Assembly: GCA_009103225.1 (NCBI GenBank)
Contig: RHPI01002069.1
Location: 1,408,744-1,472,743, forward strand
DNA from: Chlorokybus atmophyticus
Taxonomy: Eukaryota; Plantae; Mesostigma and Chlorokybus algae
DNA length: 64,000 nt
Direction: 5' to 3'
Shown here piece after piece: positions 13,709-25,751 of this stretch (the stretch's first letter is position 1; each line of letters opens with the position of its first letter). Made by a program: the position numbers and the translations under genes. The notes beneath the pieces are model-generated. The model was not told where the DNA came from. It saw nothing but the letters and a program-made list of their open reading frames with translations, and did no database searches.

Positions 13709-16700
13709 TCATGATGGGGTGTAGACGCTTCCCGACTTTGCTGCTGAGGCTATCTCCTCAATGCTGGATACAGACGAGTGATGCACAACAAGGTTGCGAG
13801 CAAACTGCAGCGCCCTTCTTTCACATATGGCGCGCTTGTCTGCATCCTGAATCGCTTCCAACTCCTCAACGTGCGCAATCCCAACAAGGCGCCTGTAAGG
13901 TGCGATGCGTTACAAACCAGGGCGTACGTAGAGTGTGCATCTTCAACACAAGTTGCATTCGTAAACAGCCCACAATGGCATCATGCAAGATGGGGTACAA
14001 CATGCTTGCGAACCACCAACCTGATCATTTCACAGGCGCCAAACCCGATGGAGTTCTGCAACAGCTGCCTCATGAACTTGGTCTGGCAAGCTTGCAACAG
14101 GGAGCCGTCCTTGTCAGTAGCAAAGAAGTCCTTTGGATACAGATCACCACGCGCTTGACTGCTCGTCCACAATGCCAAGAACTGCTTGCTGAATGACTGC
14201 CATGTCTCAATCAAAGCGTCCAGCAGCCATGCCTTCATCGCCTGATACACACACAATTTGTTAACACCAACCTGCCACATTGCGTGCAACTTTTAACATT
14301 CGCCACATGCGAGCGAGCAAACGCGAGTGAGAGCAGCGTTCACCTGTCGATCTCCTTGACTGCTTTCGTAGCCATCTTGAGCGAAGTAAGCAAGCAGTAA
14401 GTTGCCCAAAAACAGACCGATGTCAAAGCCCATGGGACCGACAAACGTGAACTCTGGATCAATGACAAACATAGAATCTTGTGTGGCCATGATCGATCCC
14501 GTATGTAAATCGCCATGAAGGAGTGCCTGCACCATTGGGACAAACCATTTTAGCTGAAACTCAAGGCGCGGAACAGGAATAGTATGCACAAGCAACACAC
14601 ATATACATACCTGTGATTGCTCACAAAACTTGGCCTTAAGTGTGACTACTTGCGCCTTCAAAGCCGTGTCAGACCGCAAAGAGAGTGCGTCCTCATCCAA
14701 CTGTGGCGATGTGTGCTGATTGTATTTTGCTGCATAGTATGGATCTGTGAAGATGACCTGTGCACCAGCATGCACCAACAAGATGAGCAAGTATTGTTGC
14801 AAAACCACATTACACACAATGACTGCACCTGTTCAGTAAGCCTGCACAGCTCCACATTGCCGCTAAACTGTGCAATGGCAGCGCGATGCTTGGTGGTGTT
14901 GATGGCGAGCAACGAGGTGTGATACAATGTATTGGCCATATATGTTGCAATCTGATTGGGCAGCTTTGGGTACTGCACACCGCGCACAAAGCCCTTCCGC
15001 AAGATTTCGTGTGGTGGTTTGATGTAGCGCATCGCTATGATGGAGTGCACTGCGTCGAAAAGAAACATCTCCGGGGTGTGCTCGGGACAGTGTTGTCGGT
15101 GTGCCGTCAAGCATGCAGCCTCAAAGTACACCCGCACGGGACTCAAAGGCCAGGTCTCACCAACACAGCGCACATACCTGGGAGACAAACGTGGGTGACT
15201 ACCTATTGCACTTTGAACCACAATGGTGTGGCTAGTTGGCTTGGTATTGCACACATCATTAGGAGATAAAGCCACTTAGGATAACTGGAATGGAGCGCTA
15301 TGCATGCATCCACTTACCCGAGGGCTTGTTTGAGAACAAGAGAACCGTCGGGGCCCTCAACAATGTACACGAAGTTGATGTTGCCATCGCCAACCTCTTT
15401 GATCTTCCAACTAGTCGGGCTGCCACCAAGGCGCTGGGCAAGTGGCGGGTGCGTGCGGAGGAACAACATTACTGCGTCTGTTCCCTGAAGATCGCCACTG
15501 GTTTTGGCCATATCTTGAGCCGTATGCTCGGCATCGGAACCATTCACAAACGCCTTCAAGTCAAACTTGTGGGTTTTGTGCCGCGCAACACCGATATCTG
15601 TGATGATCCCGGTGATGTACTCTGCTGGCGTGACATCAAAGGCGGGGTTCCACACTCCAATGCCTTCTGCAGCCACCCTATCGCCATACCTGCTACATCA
15701 CTGCAGACTTTAGCAAGCTGGTAAAAAGCTGTGGTCTTATACCAGTTGCGACACCAACATGACAACGACCACAGATTTGTGTACCCGCCAAGTGTGTGCG
15801 TCAGCTCCTCGGGTTTTCTCTCCTCAACGATGATGGACGCACCACTCGGCATGTCGAGGTCAATAGTGGTTACGGGAGCTGCGATGAAGAACGGCACCTG
15901 GTGTAAACCAGTGAGACACGCAAGGCAGCAATAACCAGTTTAGACCATGCACTTGTAAGATGTCACTTAACCTTGTGCGTGGCAGCGGCCACAGCCAGCT
16001 GGTAAGTTCCGATTTTGTTTGCTGTGTCGCCATTGGATGCAATTCTGTCTGCTCCTACCACAACCGCATCCACTTTGCCTGCTGCCATCAGTGCAGAAGC
16101 AGCAGAGTCCGCAATCAGGGTTGCTGGTATGTTGTCGTGCACCAGCTCGTACGCTGTCAGCCGGGAACCCTGAAGGTTTGCAGCGATGTATGCGTGTTGA
16201 GCAAACTTGGGTGTGCTTTGTGACATACACACAAGGCCAAACAACAGCGTGCGCATTGAGTATTTACCTGATTATAAGGGCGAGTCTCTGTGCAGTATGC
16301 ATGCTGAAGCTGCCCCTCAGCATGCAAAGCACGCACAACACCAAGTGCTGTTCCATATTGCGATGTAGCCAAGCTGTCAAGAGTGAATGGGTCACTATGC
16401 ATGAACGACTGGGTGAGCAAACCCACCAACACATCAATGCAAGAGCTGCAATGCAGACTTCCTGCCGGCAGTGTTGCACAGGGCCTACACTGCCATCTAG
16501 GACGCCAACCAGCAGTCACTCACCTTCCAGTATTGCAGTGAGTGAGTACTTGCAGCCGGCCGTCCTTCCCACGACCGGCTGCAGCAGTGGCTGCGAGCAT
16601 CGCAGCTGCGCCATGTTTGCCGATGGCTAAGTTAGCAGCAACGTCAGCTTGCAGCATCCCCTCAGCTTCAGCCAAGAACGTATCCACCACAGCTTCCGCA

Positions 16701-17604
16701 TTGCTGTTCTTTTCAGCCACCACGGCAGCCTTCAAGCGCGCAGCAGCCTCAGCCAAATTGACAGCTGTTGGCCGGCTGCATGCTACAACAAATCAAGAAA
16801 GGTACACTCCAGCTGCTGGTTCATGCTTCCCTATAACAAGACCACATCACGCGTACCTTGTGACCAAGTAGTCCATTCGCTCGTGTATGTACTTGGATGC
16901 TGCAGCCGCTGTTTCAAATGCTTCCGGTCGGTTCACCAGCTCAACTGCCAACGACAGCACACCGGCGATTGCAATGGCGGGTGCACCACGCACGACCATG
17001 TCATGGATGGCCTTCCTGCATGGTTGCACACGTTACAACGAGAACACTTCTCCACACTGCGGTCCCTCCTCATTATGAAGCAAGGAGCAAGTTCCTACCA
17101 GCCATCTCCTGCGTCGTTGATTGTTAACCATTCCGTCGTCAGCGGCAGTTTGCGCTGAATACACATAAAAGAGATAATGTGATGTGAGCAAAGTACTCTT
17201 TGCAGCATACAAGCAATGCAACTTGCCCTGATGACGGTTCGCATTGCCAATACCGCTCAGCACCGCCATACTTATGCAAACTGGCTGCAAGCATGCGCGT
17301 CTACGATGTTCAACTCTACAACCCTACAATGTACGAGTCGCACATGGCACGTAGCAGACAGACAAGACGCACAACAGCTGGCGGTTGCAAGTTGTAAGTT
17401 ACAACCATTGAGCGCACTAGATATCGTCAACAACCAACTGCATGCAAGCACTGAACTGACACAACTCCTCACTTGGTCGAGCAGTTCCAGCGATCCGCGG
17501 CTGTAGCGTATAGCCAACAGCAGTGCGCCATATGCAGGGCCGTCTACCACAACAGCCTCCTCGGCAGCTACCGACGCTGCCGCCGCCGCCTGCTGGTCCG
17601 CCAT
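13709..17604 (-). CDS. mtnA-mtnK: Fusion of methylthioribose-1-phosphate isomerase (MRI1/MtnA, N-terminal) and methylthioribose kinase (MTK/MtnK, C-terminal)
   Basis: MRI1 motifs: [79 protein letters not shown] motifs: [47 protein letters not shown]. The junction lies in one exon (15318-15689) with no stop. Stop TGA at 13709-13711. Confidence 0.93.
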
Positions 17605-18002
17605 GGCAGCACTGTGTGCGGGAGTCCGTTAACCCTGATCTCACCTTGTCTTTCGTGCACTAGCTTCAACCAATCCAGATCGGTCGGATGGCAACTCGTA
17701 AGTTACGACCCGTAGTAAAGCGCATGCCGTACACCCAACTCACGGCCACGTTTGCTGCGGGCGATGTGCGTGCCCGGTTGTGCAGATGCCCGCTGTGCCG
17801 CAGTGCGCGGCACCAAGCCCTAGAATCGTCAGGCCAGCGTGGACCCGACGCGACGGCGGCGGCGGCGGACGAGGAGGCAGCGGACGCCGACGACAGGCCG
17901 TTGAGGCTGCATAGAGAGTAGTTGAGGCAGGTTGTGGTGACGTGGCTGCTGGAATCAAGATCTGTTGTGTGGAGCTTGTTGCCCGAGGCTGCGGAGAACA
18001 GC

Positions 18003-20239
18003 ATGATGCCGGCGGTGCGTTCTGCCATCACGGCGCACCGCCGGCCAGCTGGCTACGGGCATGCCGCTGAGGTCAAGAAGGACTTGTGCGCGGCTGGCAT
18101 TGGGAGGCCAGCAGACGAGGAGTCCACGGTATCAATTGTTAGCCATGTATATACCGCTGGTTTGTACTAGCAAATGTTGTTGGGGCTGTCTGTGAATGGC
18201 ACTCTAAAAAGCAGGTTTACAGTGTGGTACCTTGCCGTGTTTTTTTTGGTTTGCAGCTTAGCACCAGTTAAAACAGTCATGTACGCACTTTTTTGAAGCA
18301 GATGCCTCGTGTGTAACAGCGCAGTAACACAGTACCGTAAGCTGTTCCTGCACTCTTTTTGTGTTAGTTCAACCCTCAAGAATGTATTTTGTGTTAGTTC
18401 AACCCTCAAGAATGTAGTTGGCATGTTTAGAGAGTGGTGTGGGTTTTTCCTTACGCATGCAATTGCCAGCAGTGTCGTGCTCTTGTGCCCTGGATTGGGA
18501 GTAGGATTAGGGACGTTGCTATGACCATCTCTTATGGGTATGGCGCGTGCGTCTAGCTTTCAGACTGCTACACTGCTTTGCCAAACAGCTTCTTCTCTTC
18601 TCTGCTGCTTTCGGCACCTGGTCTATCGTGTGGTAAGCGAACTGATGCAGTTACCTGTTCGCAGGTGATGGTGATTGCTGCTGCTGTCGAGTCATTGCTA
18701 ATTGCAGTTAACGAGAATGTGCAGCGGGATGGTTTGAGACGCACGCCTGTCCGTGTGGCACGGGCATTGCTGGTAGCAGCACAAGGTGCGCATGCGTTGT
18801 TTGTTCGTGCATGGTAGTTGCTTCACAAATAAGCGCATGGCAAATCAAATGCATACACAGGGTATTCCCAGACGGCGGTTGAGGTGGTAGGGGACGCCAT
18901 GTTTCCCGAGGACGAGGTTGATGATGGCCAAGGTGGCGGCAGCGGTGGGATCGTCCTCGTGCAGAATATTGACTTCTACTCCTTGCATGAGAGCGACCTT
19001 TTGCCATTGCGCGGCACTTGTCATGTAGCATACGTTCCTGATGGAGGGCGAGTTGTGGGTCTGAGCAAGCTTGCGCGCATTGTGGATGTCTTTGCCCGCA
19101 GGTACGGTGCCTTGTGTTTAATTGATGCATTGCATGGGTGTGTTAGTGGTGTAATTGTTTAGGCGTTGTAGTTCAGGGCGTCACTGGTTGCACTGTGGGT
19201 GTAAGCAGTTGATTGTGATGTTGTGCTAATGTCGCTTTGCTGCAGGTTGCAAACACCCGAGCGACTTGTGCAACAAATTGCAAGCGCCGTTGAGGCTGCC
19301 ATTGCGCCTCAGGGTACAGCAGTTGTTGCAGAGGCCACACACCTTTCTACAGACCACGTAGGTTGCTGCACGCCGCCACCAGCTCGTGTCGCCTGTGCAG
19401 CAACAGGAACGTTTTTGGACAACTCTGAGCAATGGGACGAGTTTGTATCCCTCCTGTCAACCACGGAATCCCTGATACAGCCCAAGGCTTCTTGCAGCAG
19501 TCAGGACAGGGAGCCAGTAGCAGAGCTGGAGTCTATGATGAGGCCATTTGTGAGCAAGCAGTCTCACTTACAACCGCAACTGCCGCGCATGATGGCACAA
19601 GTGCGCACCATCCTTCAGGCTCTGGGTGAGGACCCCGATCGACCAGGTCTTCTTGAGACCCCGCGGCACTTCGTGGACCACCTTTTGTCATCTGTCGCAG
19701 GCAACTATTGTTCGCTTGTTGAGATGGCCAAGCTGAGACAGCACAGACGACCTGATGTTGACATGGACGACTGCACGCCATCATCCTCGCTTGCACCGAG
19801 CACGCCAGATAACAGCTCCGACAGTGAGAGCGACACGCAAGCTGTTACTGTGATTGAGCTAGAGACATGCATCCCCTTCTGCACACAGTGCGAGCACCAT
19901 ATGTTACCATTTTTTGGCCATCTTCACGTTGGCTATATTTCGAGTTCAGGACGCCAATTGAGTAGAGCGGATCTGCAGCCTCTGGTAGAGCTGTTTGCGC
20001 GAAGACTGCAAGTCCAGGAACGGCTTACCCGACAGATTGCAGAAGGGGTGCGAGACCTCCTTGGGTCGGAAGGCGGCGTAATGGTCGTCTCTGAGGCCAG
20101 CCACATGTGCATGCTCTCAAGAGGAGTTAGTAAGCCAAACAGTAGCACCACAGCAACCGCTACACTAGGTTGTTTCGCATCCAACCCAGCTCTCCGCACC
20201 CGATTCTTAAGGACGCTCAGAACAAAGCTTGTACGTTGA
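18003..20239 (+). CDS. GCH1: GTP cyclohydrolase I, plant-type with two tandem GCH1 domains; 4 exons, first exon less certain
   Basis: Domain 1: REGL-like [39 protein letters not shown]. Domain 2: [43 protein letters not shown]. Putative exon 1 (18003-18128) joins exon 2 in phase 0. Confidence 0.9.
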
Positions 20240-20479
20240 TTGATTTGAACTGATATAGAAGCAAGTAATCTGACGTCATCACCACCATGCATGTGAGCAT
20301 GTTACTTGTTAAGTATTTCACGTATCATGGTATCTAATGGTGTTTTGGTATTATATGCACGTACAGTGTTGTGGTCAGTGCTTTTGGAACACATGTCTTG
20401 CACCTCTTTTTCTAAAAGAACCTGGTGCAGGTGTTGATGTTGATATTGGAAGTGTGCAAGTAGCAATGTGAAGAAGTCG

Positions 20480-21660
20480 CAGCATCAACAGACATTAATT
20501 TTTGTTATTTCCGAGATAGCCTCAGTGGGCTTTAATGCAAACATACCGCAATGCCACGGACTATCCGTCATTTGCATAAATGAAAAGTAGGTAGTACCGA
20601 AAATACAAACCCATATACTCGACAAGTGTAAGTATGCGATCCATTGTAACCATTGCAAACCCTTACTTAAGCTCATGCATTGTGTAGTGTCGCGGGGGTT
20701 CCGATGAAAATTGCACTATATGAATTACCAAGAAAAAGTGACGGATAGTCTCTGGCACTACGGTATGTGTGATGACCTGTTCATCATACTATTATGTACA
20801 CGTGTAATGTGCTTACATGTACATCTCAATCATAGCCATGCCGCCGATGTTCTCCTTTAGAAGGGATGTTGAAGGACCTTTCCACGTACGCACAAACGAT
20901 AGGTTGGAAAGACATCAATTAATACATATGAATGTACACAAGTAATGTGCTTACATGTACATGTCAATCATAGCCATTCCGCTGATGTTTTCCTTCAAGA
21001 AGGATGTCAAAGGACCTTTCAATGTATGAACAGACGATAAATTATAATGACATCAATTAATACATATGTAATAAAATGAATTGTACCGCAGTTATGGTAG
21101 TATAAGTATATATATAACACACAAAAGTTGCATGTATATGGAAAGGTATGTTGATACAAAAATTTACATATTATGGTACATACATGTGTTTATACTTAAA
21201 TGATCGATACTATTAAGTACATGTGACTATCTTTCATTCATGTTAATTATAATGTAAGCACCAGCGCAACCTTGTACATTAACGAACCTTGTATGCCTTC
21301 TACCATCTACATACACTGTTAGTGAGATAGTAGCATAATGCATTGCAAAACGGTCAAAAATAGGCAGACATGTTTGATACATACTGTGATAGCAATAGGG
21401 CACTGCAGGTTGATACAAAATCTGCATCACATAGTCCACATATTTTAAAAAATAAAACTCTTAAACATTGACGCCGTTTAAGACTCTTGATGACGGATTC
21501 ACGAGACATATCTGATGACTGAGACTTGAGCTATATTCTTCAAGAAAGTTGCAAAAAAAAAAGAACAAAAAAATATACTTCTGAGCTTGATGACAACAAG
21601 CCTGACTGAGAATTGTTAGGCCCAATTGGCAAAGGCATTGCAATGGGCTATTCCATTACC
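20480..21660. repeat. AT-rich intergenic island with a 29-bp inverted repeat (20542-20570 / 20739-20767) and a ~138-bp tandem duplication (20795-20932 / 20933-21068); probable non-autonomous transposon remnant
   Basis: cataccgcaatgccacggactatccgtca matches the reverse complement of tgacggatagtctctggcactacggtatg at 25/29 positions. The unit starting gtaatgtgcttacatgtacat recurs 138 bp later. Confidence 0.6.
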
Positions 21661-21989
21661 CATGAGTCATGAGCCATGCACATTCTTACGTCAAGCACAC
21701 TCGTAACCAGGATCCTGGCGGCGGCGGCAGCAGCGGCGGCGGCGGCGGCGGCGGTGACCTCCCTGCGCTAGCTGTCGACGTACACAGTGTCACACGATTT
21801 TGTGTGCCGCATTGTCAGCTATTGGACGACTCATCCTGTCAACCATTGGGGACTGCAGTCGTCAGTCAGCCGGAAGAAAAGCGCAGCTGCGCAGTGGCGC
21901 ATGCTATGCTTTGCTACAGGCCTGATTAGCTTGTCTTTAATAGTCTGAAAGCAGTAGTGTGAGGGAATTTGTCCCCAGTAGCGTTAGAA

Positions 21990-24548
21990 ATGAAGCTGGA
22001 CGTGAACGCCCTGCGCTACCTCAGCGGCGAGGACTGGCGAGTGCTCACAGCAGTGGAGCTGGGCATGCGCAACCATCAGGCAAGACACTTTGCGCGCTCA
22101 ATTTCCTGCGAACTTCACCTGTATGTCGTTGAAAACACCCTATTGCCAACAACTATTTCCAGCGTTTCTCCATAACTACATGGCTGGTCACTTACAGAAA
22201 AATGACGCTAAGAATACGTTTCAAACACTGTGCGGTTTCATTTTGCTCTTGATTTGGAAGCAGGCTTGCATTGCATGCACTCCTGGTCCTCTGTAACGTA
22301 CCAAAGTTGGCGCTACTTATATGTATGCGTTTAAGGCAGAGCATTGCAGCACTGTTTAGCAAGGAAAGCAGCATTACGAACATGTCAACACAAGTGCTTT
22401 GCCCACGCTGTTGATAGAAGCCCGGTGTCGTGGTTATCTACATTCCAATCGTTGTAGTAGAGTTTTGTACACATTGTCGTGGTTGTTAAGTATCCCAGAG
22501 AGGTTAAAATGCAACAGTTTCGTTGATAACCTTATTATGCTACGAATGGTGCAACAGATTGTGCCAGCGGAGCTTATTGAGCGCATTGCACGGTTGCGAG
22601 GCGGCGGCGCTTTCAAGCGACTATCCTCCCTCCTTCGTCACAAACTCGTGCATCACGACTCTTCACGTGGATACGATGGATACAGGCATGTACATCATGC
22701 TCTTATTTCAGTTGCCTCAACGTGCAGCAGGTACGTGAAGACAAAGCTTACGTGTGTTTGTTCCTTAACAGGTTGACAAACTTGGGTTATGACTTTCTGG
22801 CGCTGCACGCAATGACAAAAGCGGGTACACTCACAGGCATTGGCCGCCAGCTGGGAGTCGGTAAAGAGTCAGGTAACCACACTCAGTGATGCAATTCCCA
22901 CCATGTTCGCTGTTGCTTTGACACTAAGGTGCATGTTGTCATTGTAGACATCTTTGAGGCTGCGGGTGCGGACGGGGAGAGCCTTGTGATGAAGTTTCAC
23001 CGGTTGGGACGCACGTCTTTCCGCGCTGTTCGACACAAAAGAGATTATCTGCGCCACAGGTAGCACTTGCTGTAGCACTCATCCGTATTTCGGTGTGCAA
23101 CGCGGTTTGCATACTCATGGTTGCTGTGCTCAACAGGACTTCCACCAACTGGTTGTACCTCTCGCGACTGGCCGCCGCCCGGGAGGCGGCCTTCATGCGA
23201 GCCCTCAAACAACATGGGTTTCCTGTTCCGGAGGTGAAAACAGCGATATGTTTGTGGCTAAGCATTGCTTGTTTGCTAGCTGGGTGCGGAGGTGTGACAC
23301 TGTGTGTTTGTTGTTGCGTCAGGCTGTCGACGCCAACCGACATTGCGTGCTTATGACTCTGGTGCCAGGCTACCCGCTCGTCCAGGCAAGCGCTCACATT
23401 TGCACACAGATTTGTTTTGCACTCCTCTGCGCCAGTCTTGTCGTGGTACAACAGGCGTAAGTATCCCTCGTATGTGCGTAGTACTTGTACACATGGTTGT
23501 TTTCTTGTTCAGGTGAAGCAGGTGGCGAATCCGGCTGAGGTGTATGAGCAGCTGATGGGTTGGATAGTGCGGCTGGCGCAGCACGGTCTGATCCACTGCG
23601 ACTTCAACGAGTTCAACGTGATGGTCGACGACGAGGAGCGCCTCACCCTCATCGACTTCCCGCAGATGGTCTCAACATCCCACCGCAACGCCCGCATGTA
23701 CTTTGATCGCGATGTCGCGTGCGTGGCAAAGTTCTTCCGCAAACGCTTCGGATATCCGTCTCCTGTTGATGAGGAGGAGGAGGAGGACAGTGATGTCGAG
23801 CTCGCGGGCCTGCCGTCCTTCGATGATATCCTTGCCTACAGATCAAGCGCTGATTTCCATGAAGATGATATCGCCACTGCGCTTGATGTCGAGCTTGAAG
23901 CTTCGGGCTTCACAAAGGAGCAAAGACAGGCTCTGGAGTCTTATAGTGCGGATGCTGGGGAGCCATCTGATGGGGAAGAAGGCGGTGTGGGTGTTGGAGT
24001 GGAGGGTGAAAGTGTGGTTGAAGATGAGGGAGTTGTTGGTGGCGAGCACAGACTTGAAGGTGGTACTGAACAGGTTGGTGACGATGCACAAGCTGCCTCC
24101 AGGTCTGGAGATGACACGAGCACATCTGAAAGGTGCGCAAAGGCAATGTGGACTGACCTTTGTTTGCTACACGCACAGTTGTTTGCTGACCAGTTGTTGG
24201 GTATGTATGAGCACAACAACTACACATGATTTGGGAAGTTTTCAAGTGCATTTGTCATCAGGGACGATGATGGTACTGATGGCGAGGGTGACGGAGGTGA
24301 AGAGGGTCAACAAGACGGCACGCAACAGGTAAGTTTGCATGTAGTTTGTGTATGCTGCCATTCCGTCAACACAACCGCAGCTGAGTTTATACAACGTGTG
24401 CTGGCAGGCGCAAAGGCAATTTAACACGCAGCAGAGACGGAAAGCGCTCGGCGAGGCGATGAAGAAGGCTTCCCGCAACGCCTACAAGAATAAATCCGGC
24501 TCAAGACGAAGGGGTACTGCCAGTCAAGGCATGGCAGGCTTGTTCTAG
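21990..24548 (+). CDS. RIO2: RIO2 atypical Ser/Thr kinase (40S ribosome biogenesis)
   Basis: MKLDVNALRYLSGEDWRVLTAVELGMRNH, YDGYRLTNLGYD, GVGKESDIF, KFHRLGRTSFR, WLYLSRLAA, GLIHCDFNEFN, IDFPQMVSTSH, YFDRDV, then an acidic tail. Confidence 0.95.
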
Positions 24549-25751
24549 CTGGTTGTTGTGTTGTGTTGTATGGGCAGGCTTGCCTACACTCACTATTGGA
24601 AGACAAGTTGGTGTACGGATTGGGGTGGTTGCAGGTCAACTTGATTGGGTTGACGCATATGTGGCCATCACATCAACTTTAATTTCGTGAAGTACACTTG
24701 TCCTAGCAGTGACTATCGCGAACAGCACAAGCAGTATTGCTACATGCAACACTGCTTGTGCACGCACTACCACTGATAGGTTCTCAGCAGTAAGCGCTGT
24801 GCATCATCACAAAGCGAATTGGAGATTGAGTTATGATGGGCAAGGTGATGTTCCATAAGCACACTTGCGCACAGGGTGTGTTCCCGTGCTTTGAATGAAT
24901 TGTATTACATGGAAGCGCATGGGTTCGTGCGCTAGCGGGTTTTGTGTTAACACTGTGCTGGGCATGCTGTGGTGGGTATGAATGTGCTTATGCTCATGTG
25001 CTGTGCTGTGCGTGTGGTGTGGTGTGGTGTGCTGCTGATGTCACTAGGGGCCCTTCGGTTTCACCTGATGAATCAACAGCACTTGCTGCAGTCAAATAAC
25101 ACCAAAACAGTCCAGGTAGCAGCGTACACTAGTATGATTCATGATACCTGTCCACCGTTGGATCACTGTGCGTCATCTGCGCCGTCAGCCGGTAGCACAG
25201 TTTTGGCGGGAGACGTGCTGCCGACCGGCCGCGGCTCAGAGATCGGCCGCGCGCGAGGTCATGGCTGGTTGACTGCGTCTTGCAGCACTGGTCACACAAC
25301 CGTAATACACCAGTCGAAAGCGCTTTCCCGCGCCAAATGACCGGCCATGTGCAGGTCTTACACCACGCAGCCATTCGCACACGCAAACGAGCCCAAACAG
25401 GCTGGTGTTAAGACCCGTCCGCGCTTAGCGAGGCATATTTGACGGAAAACCAGTAAAACTGCGTGGACGTCCCTACACTTGCGGCGCTTGCTAGAGTTCA
25501 GAATGTGGTTTAATAAAGCTAGGGAAACGTTCCGACGATCCTAGAGGAAAGATTACGGGTTGCCTTTGGCAGCAACAACTGTGGGCAGCAGCGTGCTCGG
25601 TGGCAGCGGCGGGAAGCTCGCCGTCGTTGTTGACGTCGTGGTCGTGGTTGTCGCCATCGCTGGTTAGCTTCCTTGAATCAGCCTTCATTGACCTTGCTCG
25701 CCACAGGCCGCATTTGCGGGTGTAGGAGCTTCTGTTACGAGAGCTTGCAGC

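Noticed and set aside
17688-18170. Two plus-strand ORFs in the same frame separated by a single TAG, which could suggest UAG readthrough or a TAR=Gln genetic code
   Set aside because: prfC, the M16 peptidase, RIO2, RAD16 and OEP21-like all end at TAG at the expected C-terminus, so the standard code applies. The region is better explained as a GC-rich bidirectional promoter plus GCH1 exon 1.
18355-18420. 30-bp direct repeat in GCH1 intron 1
   Set aside because: Only two copies with no spacers; simple slippage, not a CRISPR-like array.
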